Below, in pieces: positions 56,466 through 61,937 of a DNA stretch of 61,937 nucleotides. Position numbers and translations under genes: made by a program. The notes beneath the pieces were generated by a model. The model saw nothing but the letters and a program-made list of their open reading frames with translations. It searched no databases and was not told the origin of the DNA. Every line of letters starts with the position of its first letter. Positions within the stretch are counted from its first letter, which is position 1. Origin of the DNA: an uncultured virus (IMG/VR IMGVR_UViG_3300020469_000015) (lineage: Duplodnaviria; Heunggongvirae; Uroviricota; Caudoviricetes); the IMG/VR virus record IMGVR_UViG_3300020469_000015; one strand, given 5' to 3'.

Positions 56466-57167
56466 ATGGCTTTACCAAAGCTGAATACACAACAATATGA
56501 GTTGACTATACCAAGCTCAGATGAAAAGATAAAGTTTAGACCTTTTCTTGTCAAGGAGGAAAAAATTCTTCTACAAGGACAAGAAGGTGGTGATGACGAA
56601 ATGATTAATGCATTGAAACAAATAGTTTCTAACTGTACATTCAATAAAGTTGATATAAACAAACTTCCATCATTTGATATAGAATACATTTTCTTACAGA
56701 TAAGAGCAAAGTCTGTAGGTGAAAAAATAAAACTAAATGTACCTTTTCCAGGTGACGTAGAAACAAAAGTTCCTGCTACGGTAGATTTAACAACGATACA
56801 AGTTGAAATGGATAAAGAACATATCAACAAAGTACAACTAAACGAAAATGTGTCTGTGATAATGAGTTACCCAACTCTATCAACATATGCAGGTAAAAAT
56901 TTAAAAGATATATCTGCTGATGACGCTATTGGTTTAGTAAGTGATTGTGTCTACCAAATTATAGACGGTGTTGAAACACATGAAGCGGTAGATTTAAAGA
57001 AAGAAGAAATAGATGATTTTGTAAACAATCTTACACAAGAACAGTTTTCTAAAATACAAAACTTCTTTGTCACAATGCCAAGATTAAAACATACTGTCAA
57101 TCTAACACACCCTAAAACAAAGAAAAAAGGTAAAGTTGTGTTAGAGGGTTTACAAAGTTTTTTTTAA
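56466..57167 (+). CDS. gp26: Baseplate hub assembly protein (gp26 of marine T4-like phages)
   Basis: MALPK.....YEL.IPS....IKFRPFLVKEEKILL, L..FDIEYIFLQIRAKSVGE, FF.TMP.L.H, LEGLQSFF. Confidence 0.92.
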   Translation: MALPKLNTQQYELTIPSSDEKIKFRPFLVKEEKILLQGQEGGDDEMINALKQIVSNCTFNKVDINKLPSFDIEYIFLQIRAKSVGEKIKLNVPFPGDVETKVPATVDLTTIQVEMDKEHINKVQLNENVSVIMSYPTLSTYAGKNLKDISADDAIGLVSDCVYQIIDGVETHEAVDLKKEEIDDFVNNLTQEQFSKIQNFFVTMPRLKHTVNLTHPKTKKKGKVVLEGLQSFF

Positions 57168-57217
57168 TATGCCTCTCTCATATTGACTTAGAGACTTATT
57201 ATGATTTAATATTTAAG

Positions 57218-57355
57218 ATGACAATATATAAAAGTTTTGTCACACTTACTGAACTTGAAAATATGTTGCCTTATGAGCGTGAAATCTATCTTTCTTTATT
57301 GAACGAACACATAAAGGAAGAAAACAAAAAGATGAAAGAGGCGAAACTAAAATAA
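57218..57355 (+). CDS. gp51: Baseplate hub assembly catalyst (gp51-like); frame is open from at least 57164, possibly reached by -1 frameshift from gp26
   Basis: LTELENMLPYEREIYLSLL.EHIKEEN; upstream in-frame ICLSHIDLETYYDLIFK has no start codon. Confidence 0.8.
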   Translation: MTIYKSFVTLTELENMLPYEREIYLSLLNEHIKEENKKMKEAKLK

Positions 57356-57367
57356 GGAGAAAAGAAA

Positions 57368-57700
57368 ATGGCTGAAGAAAAAGTAATAGTACAACAATCA
57401 CACCCAGCAGATAGTAACGGTGATGGTAAAGTATCTAAAAAAGAACATGATATGTATTTAGAGTTTAAGCGTAAAGAATTAGAAGACGCTGACGCTATGA
57501 GAGACGCTCAAAGAACTATGGCATGGTACTCACTATATGGTATGTTAATGTACCCTGTAGCAGTAATACTCGCTAATTGGGTTGGATTAGACCAAGGTGC
57601 AAAAATACTAGGTGATATGGCAGGTGTATATTTCATCGCTGTTGCAGGTATTGTTGCAGCTTTTTTTGGTGCTCAAGCGTTTACAAATAAGAAGAAATAA
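57368..57700 (+). CDS. Two-TM membrane protein with an EF-hand-like motif (holin-like topology)
   Basis: DSNGDGKVSKKE; hydrophobic MAWYSLYGMLMYPVAVILA and VYFIAVAGIVAAFFGA; basic C-terminus. Confidence 0.7.
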   Translation: MAEEKVIVQQSHPADSNGDGKVSKKEHDMYLEFKRKELEDADAMRDAQRTMAWYSLYGMLMYPVAVILANWVGLDQGAKILGDMAGVYFIAVAGIVAAFFGAQAFTNKKK

Positions 57701-57713
57701 GATAAATAGTTAA

Positions 57714-59777
57714 ATGGCAGACGATACTACAATCAATAAACTAGACGGAACTCTTAAAGAATTGACAGGAATGTCACAGGAAGAGTTGATTGCTAGACGT
57801 GAACAGAAAGCACAACTTGTCGCTCAACGAGAAGAATTAGCGTCAGTTAAAAAAGAACTAGAAGGATTAGGCAAAGAAAGTGTCAAATCTAGTAAATTTT
57901 TAAAGTTGCAAAACAAACTTGCTGAAGATGAGAAACAGTTTGAACGTAAAAAGTTTACTGACATGCTTAAAGAAAGAGCAAGAGGTGCCAGAGCCGCATT
58001 AGTACAAGGTCCAGGTAATGCAATGGCAGCTGCTGGTGCTGGTATTAAAGCAGGTGCTGGTAAAGCACTTGGTGGTATTGGTGGTATGATTAAAGGTCTT
58101 TTAGGTCCTGCAGGTATCTTTGGTCTTATGTTATTGTTCTTCAAAGCATTACAAAATCCTAAATTTAGAGAAGTTGTATCAGGTCTTATAACATTCGTAA
58201 AAGGTGTATTCACAAATACTTTTGATTTTTTAAAAGACGCTTTCAATGGTATCGTAGATTTAGTAACAGGTGTTACTGATAAACTAGGTACTATCTTTAG
58301 TGGTGACGCAACTGTATTAGAAAGAATAAAAGCATTAGCAGGTATCTTTACTGACTTTGGTAGTTTCATACTAAACATAGGTGATAGTTTAATTACAAAT
58401 GTATTAGAAATGTTTGGCGTTAACTTTGCACCTTATGATAGTGCTGGTGCATGGTTATTAGGTAAACTGAATGACATGTGGACAGGTATTAAAAACTTCT
58501 TCACAGGTGCTGTAGAGTTCGTACAAGATGGTTATACAAATATTAAAGAATGGGTAACTGCAAAAGTTTCATCAGCATGGCAAAGTATAAAAGACTGGTT
58601 CTTTGGTTCAGTTGATTTTGTTGTAGATGGTGCAGGAAATATTAAAGATTGGTTAGTATCTAAAGTTACAGGTGCATGGTCAAGTATTAAAGAATGGTTT
58701 AGTGGCACAGCAGACTTTGTTGTTGAAGGTGCAACTGGTCTTAAAGACTTCATATCAAATAGTGTATCAAATGGTTGGACAAATGTTAAAAACTGGTTCT
58801 CTGGTACTGCTGATATGGCAGCAGAAAAATTTACTGACTTCTCTGCCTTTGTAGGTGATAAAATGAAAAACACTATGGGTTTTGCTGAAGATTTATTCTC
58901 GTTTAGTAAAGAAGATATGACAGCAGCAGGTGTTACATCTAAATTAATTGATATTGGTGGTGCAGGTATTAACTTAGCAACTAACTTTGCAAAAGATGTA
59001 TTTGGTTTTGGTAATCCTGAAGAACCATTTAAACTATCTGAGTTTCTAATAGGTGATGAAGGTGTAATCAATAAATTAGGTAAAGGTCTTGTAGGTTTAG
59101 GTAAAAAAATATATGATCCTGAAACAGGAGAAATCTTTGGTTTTGTTGCTGATATACCAAGTCTAAGTGATATGTTTACAGGTATCAAAAACTTAGCAAA
59201 GAAAATATATGATCCTGAAACTGGTGCAATCTTTGGTTTTCAACCAGGTAATATGTTTGACTTTCAATTACCAAACTTTGGTGATTTGTTTATGAATTTA
59301 GCAGGTAGTATGTTACCTAGTTCTAATAGTCTTGTAGGTAAAATGTTATATGCATTACCAGGTACAGACACATTAAAACAAGCTGCTGACATGTTTGGTC
59401 AAGGTGGTCAAATAGTAGGTGGTAAAATGGAAATGCCAGCGTCAAGTGGTGTTAAAAAATTAAATACTGGTGCTTCTATCACTACAAATATGAGTTTAGA
59501 TGAAGTTAATGCTCGTATTGCTCAACTAGAAGATATGGCAATTAATGCTGATTTAGCAGGTGATATACAAGGTGAAAGTGCTATCTTAAATAGAATAGAT
59601 GAATTGTCTGCTGCTTATGATAGTGCAATTATGGAAGGTGCGAAGCAAGTGCCTGTAACAATTGTCAAAGGTGGTGATAATACAGTTTCAAGTCAATCTA
59701 ATAGTACATTCTCAATTCAAAAAGGCACTTCTTCGCCTGATACTACGTTTAGTACGTTATCTACTGAGACGCCTTAA
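57714..59777 (+). CDS. Tape-measure-like baseplate hub protein (gp29 equivalent)
   Basis: 687 aa; N-terminal coiled coil, Gly/Ala hydrophobic segment, 33-aa Trp/Phe-periodic repeats; lies downstream of gp26/gp51. Confidence 0.7.
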   Translation: MADDTTINKLDGTLKELTGMSQEELIARREQKAQLVAQREELASVKKELEGLGKESVKSSKFLKLQNKLAEDEKQFERKKFTDMLKERARGARAALVQGPGNAMAAAGAGIKAGAGKALGGIGGMIKGLLGPAGIFGLMLLFFKALQNPKFREVVSGLITFVKGVFTNTFDFLKDAFNGIVDLVTGVTDKLGTIFSGDATVLERIKALAGIFTDFGSFILNIGDSLITNVLEMFGVNFAPYDSAGAWLLGKLNDMWTGIKNFFTGAVEFVQDGYTNIKEWVTAKVSSAWQSIKDWFFGSVDFVVDGAGNIKDWLVSKVTGAWSSIKEWFSGTADFVVEGATGLKDFISNSVSNGWTNVKNWFSGTADMAAEKFTDFSAFVGDKMKNTMGFAEDLFSFSKEDMTAAGVTSKLIDIGGAGINLATNFAKDVFGFGNPEEPFKLSEFLIGDEGVINKLGKGLVGLGKKIYDPETGEIFGFVADIPSLSDMFTGIKNLAKKIYDPETGAIFGFQPGNMFDFQLPNFGDLFMNLAGSMLPSSNSLVGKMLYALPGTDTLKQAADMFGQGGQIVGGKMEMPASSGVKKLNTGASITTNMSLDEVNARIAQLEDMAINADLAGDIQGESAILNRIDELSAAYDSAIMEGAKQVPVTIVKGGDNTVSSQSNSTFSIQKGTSSPDTTFSTLSTETP
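58479..58815 (+). repeat. About 3.4 tandem 99-bp (33-aa) repeats in the tape-measure-like gene
   Basis: WTGIKNFFTGAVEFVQDG..., WQSIKDWFFGSVDFVVDG..., WSSIKEWFSGTADFVVEG..., WTNVKNWFSGTAD. Confidence 0.85.
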
Positions 59778-59905
59778 GCCGCTACACTCCTAGGCTTTAC
59801 TTGCATATTTTTAAGGTTTACAAATTTCTTACTTCTAATCATCTTCTTTAAGTTTTTCATTTTTTTCTCCCTTTTGTATGTGTTAATCATAGTTTGCCTA
59901 GTCAT
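59774..59905 (-). CDS. Small basic protein (43 aa)
   Basis: MTRQTMINTYKREKKMKNLKKMIRSKKFVNLKNMQVKPRSVAA; AGGAG SD; directly follows the cyclase. Confidence 0.55.
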   Translation of the reverse strand: MTRQTMINTYKREKKMKNLKKMIRSKKFVNLKNMQVKPRSVAA

Positions 59906-59916
59906 AGTGTCTCCTA

Positions 59917-61749
59917 TCATTGAGGTTTAAATATGGTTATGAGTTCTTCTTTACCCTTAACCTTTATCTTATCTACTTCAACTGATTTAATATCAACCAA
60001 TTGTTCTTTCGTATAAGATGAATACAATGTCGGTGTAACTTTTCCATTTTTATCTTTATAGTTTCTTGTAGTTGCCTCTAATCGTGCAGCTAAGTTCACA
60101 GCGTCACCAATAACTGAGTAGTCTAGTCTTGCTTCACTACCCATGTTACCAACGATACATGTTCCTGTATTAACACCTGAACCTATGTTAATATCAGGTA
60201 ATCCTTTTTGTTTAAATTCTTCTTTGATTTTATCTGTTTCTTCAGCACACTCTATACTTGTTCTAACTGCCATCTCCGCATGATTAGGACAGTCAAGGGG
60301 TGCGTTCCAGAACGCCATTATGCAATCACCCATGTACTTATCAATTGTACCACCGTTCTTTAATACTATATTACTCATTCTGTTTAGATAGTCATTAATG
60401 ACTTCTACTAATCCCTCTGGATCATCTTTGTTCTTATAGTATTCTGAGATAGGTGTAAATCCTACTATGTCCATGAATAAGAAGGACATTTCTTTTCTTT
60501 CGCCACCTAGTTTTAACTTACTAGGGTCTTTTACTAGTATCGCCACTTGACGTGGATCCAGATACTTCTCAAACTGTTTTCTAATTTGTTGTTTTGCCTT
60601 AAACTCTAATATAAATCTTAAAAATGTACTATGGAATGCTACTACAAAAGCAGTCACTAATATCCAAGAAATATCAAATAACAGCTGACTTTTGAAAGCA
60701 AATGTGATATAATAACCAGCAGAAAACGTGATTGCTACTAGAGCAATGGCAATTGCCCAATATGGTAGAAATCTACATACTAATACTATAACACATCCTA
60801 GGAAAAATGCAACAGCTAATTCTATTAACCAGTCTGCTCTTTGTATTGTTTCTCCGTCAAGTATTGTCTGTAACGTATTAGCACTTACAACATAATCATA
60901 TTGTTCACCTAGTGGTGTTGCAATCACACCTCCTAATCCTTCTGCCGTCATGGCAATAATTACTGTGGTGCCTGCTGCTGATGAAAAGTCATCACTTGCA
61001 ACTGACATTGTTTTAAATTCTTTATTCCATCTTACCCATATTCTAGCATTAGCGTCTGTATTAATTGTAGCATATGCCGGTACTCGCATTGCAACAACAC
61101 CATTCATGTCTGCTTTAACTTGATAACTAGGATCACCTACTGCAACTCGTATTGTTTCAATTGCCATGTTAGGATAAACTTCATCACCTATTTTCATTAT
61201 TAAAGGTACTCGTCTTGTAACACCATCTATCTCTGGTGCTGTATTAATGACACCTACACCACTAGCACATTCTGCTAATTCAGGTAGAGGACCTACCATA
61301 CCATCCCATTCAAATAAAAAGTTTAATGGGTCACCTATCTTTGCAACACCTCGTGGCACAGGATTTGATTTACGTTTTTGTGATGTACCTACTTGAGCAA
61401 TAACTGTACCATATGTAAGTGTCTCACAAAAATCCATATCACCATCAAATCTATCTCGTTCACTAAACAATATTGGCATGACAATGATACCAGTATCGTT
61501 TTGTCTTAATTTAATTATAATGTCTGCTAAGACTTTTCTCGGCCACGGCCATTGACCATACTTTTCTATTGCTTGTTCATCTATGGTTAAGATTGTTATG
61601 TCTTGTGAGGGTGTTCTTTCTTCGTTTGCTAATAGATAGTCAAAAGATTTAAGTCGTAGTGTTTCTTTAAAACCTGGATCCTGTAAACCTACATAAGTCA
61701 ATAAGACTACAGTTACAAAGGCAGTTAGCCAATGGGTCAAATACTTCAT
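59917..61749 (-). CDS. CHASE2-domain membrane adenylate cyclase (class III)
   Basis: N-terminal TM; CHASE2 (IDEQAIEKYGQWPWPR, DGVTRRVPL, TPLG); 3 TM; catalytic FMDIVGFT, IDKYMGDCIMAFWNAP, GNMGS..RLDYSVIGDAVNLAARLE; start 61749 follows ACTAAATA by 5 nt. Confidence 0.95.
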   Translation of the reverse strand: MKYLTHWLTAFVTVVLLTYVGLQDPGFKETLRLKSFDYLLANEERTPSQDITILTIDEQAIEKYGQWPWPRKVLADIIIKLRQNDTGIIVMPILFSERDRFDGDMDFCETLTYGTVIAQVGTSQKRKSNPVPRGVAKIGDPLNFLFEWDGMVGPLPELAECASGVGVINTAPEIDGVTRRVPLIMKIGDEVYPNMAIETIRVAVGDPSYQVKADMNGVVAMRVPAYATINTDANARIWVRWNKEFKTMSVASDDFSSAAGTTVIIAMTAEGLGGVIATPLGEQYDYVVSANTLQTILDGETIQRADWLIELAVAFFLGCVIVLVCRFLPYWAIAIALVAITFSAGYYITFAFKSQLLFDISWILVTAFVVAFHSTFLRFILEFKAKQQIRKQFEKYLDPRQVAILVKDPSKLKLGGERKEMSFLFMDIVGFTPISEYYKNKDDPEGLVEVINDYLNRMSNIVLKNGGTIDKYMGDCIMAFWNAPLDCPNHAEMAVRTSIECAEETDKIKEEFKQKGLPDINIGSGVNTGTCIVGNMGSEARLDYSVIGDAVNLAARLEATTRNYKDKNGKVTPTLYSSYTKEQLVDIKSVEVDKIKVKGKEELITIFKPQ

Positions 61750-61757
61750 ATTACTAT

Positions 61758-61937
61758 TTAGTTTTGTGTAACTGTCGCTGAGCAACTTGCTTGTGTGCAA
61801 TTTTGATATAAGTAATAATTTTGTGAGGTACTACTGTCCTGTGTCAATGTTATACTAGAAGTATTACCACTTAAATTAATTGTGGCATTGTGGTCACCAC
61901 TTCCGTCTTGTGTTACATCTACATTATGACTATCAGT
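61758..61937 (-). CDS. 3' end of a curlin-like beta-repeat protein (partial)
   Basis: Read manually: TDSHNVDVTQDGSGDHNATINLSGNTSSITLTQDSSTSQNYYLYQNCTQASCSATVTQN*; repeated V/L-x-Q-x-G and N-x-A-x-I pattern. Confidence 0.6.
   Translation of the reverse strand, partial: TDSHNVDVTQDGSGDHNATINLSGNTSSITLTQDSSTSQNYYLYQNCTQASCSATVTQN

Noticed and set aside
61750..61800. Longer 627-aa cyclase start at TTG 61800 from the ORF track
   Set aside because: Overlaps the upstream curlin-like CDS; ATG 61749 follows the late motif at the recurring 5-nt spacing and gives a proper N-terminal TM
1..61937. tRNA or rRNA genes
   Set aside because: No cloverleaf with a T-loop (GTTCRA) consensus seen in the few intergenic gaps; a tRNAscan-SE run would confirm

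Overview
This is an AT-rich fragment of a T4-like marine myovirus genome. Gene order and content resemble cyanomyophages and pelagimyophages, and one alphaproteobacterial-type LexA box hints at an alphaproteobacterial host. The window holds nearly the whole morphogenesis region, mostly on the minus strand. In window order: uvsY, gp3, head genes (gp23, 22, 21, 67-like, 20), tail tube and sheath (gp19, 18), terminase (gp17 and gp16, with a flavin-dependent halogenase gene between them), gp15, 14, 13, and a divergent cluster of five 2OG-Fe(II) oxygenases. Next come a Gly-rich adhesin-like gene, four modular tail-fibre genes, a 1999-aa VrlC-like protein, gp8, 7, 6, 25 and PAAR. A ~4.4 kb accessory island follows, then gp5, a gp27-like hub, gp53, 48, 4, 2, 54-like, 26, 51 and a tape-measure-like gene. 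The window ends with a CHASE2 adenylate cyclase and the 3' end of a curlin-like gene. Signals not explained by ordinary annotation: (i) a candidate -1 frameshift fusing gp26 to gp51, like tail-chaperone G/GT pairs; (ii) ten late-promoter motifs exactly 5 nt before a start ATG, implying leaderless late mRNAs; (iii) a ~200-nt structured non-coding segment with a duplicated 25-nt hairpin motif after an early two-gene SH3-like operon; (iv) an intact sensor adenylate cyclase next to a curlin-like gene; (v) seven 2OG oxygenases and a halogenase embedded among virion genes; (vi) a ParB/methyltransferase/ParB triad; (vii) many small Cys-rich, basic or membrane proteins missed by the ORF track. All product calls come from motif recognition and synteny; no database searches were run.
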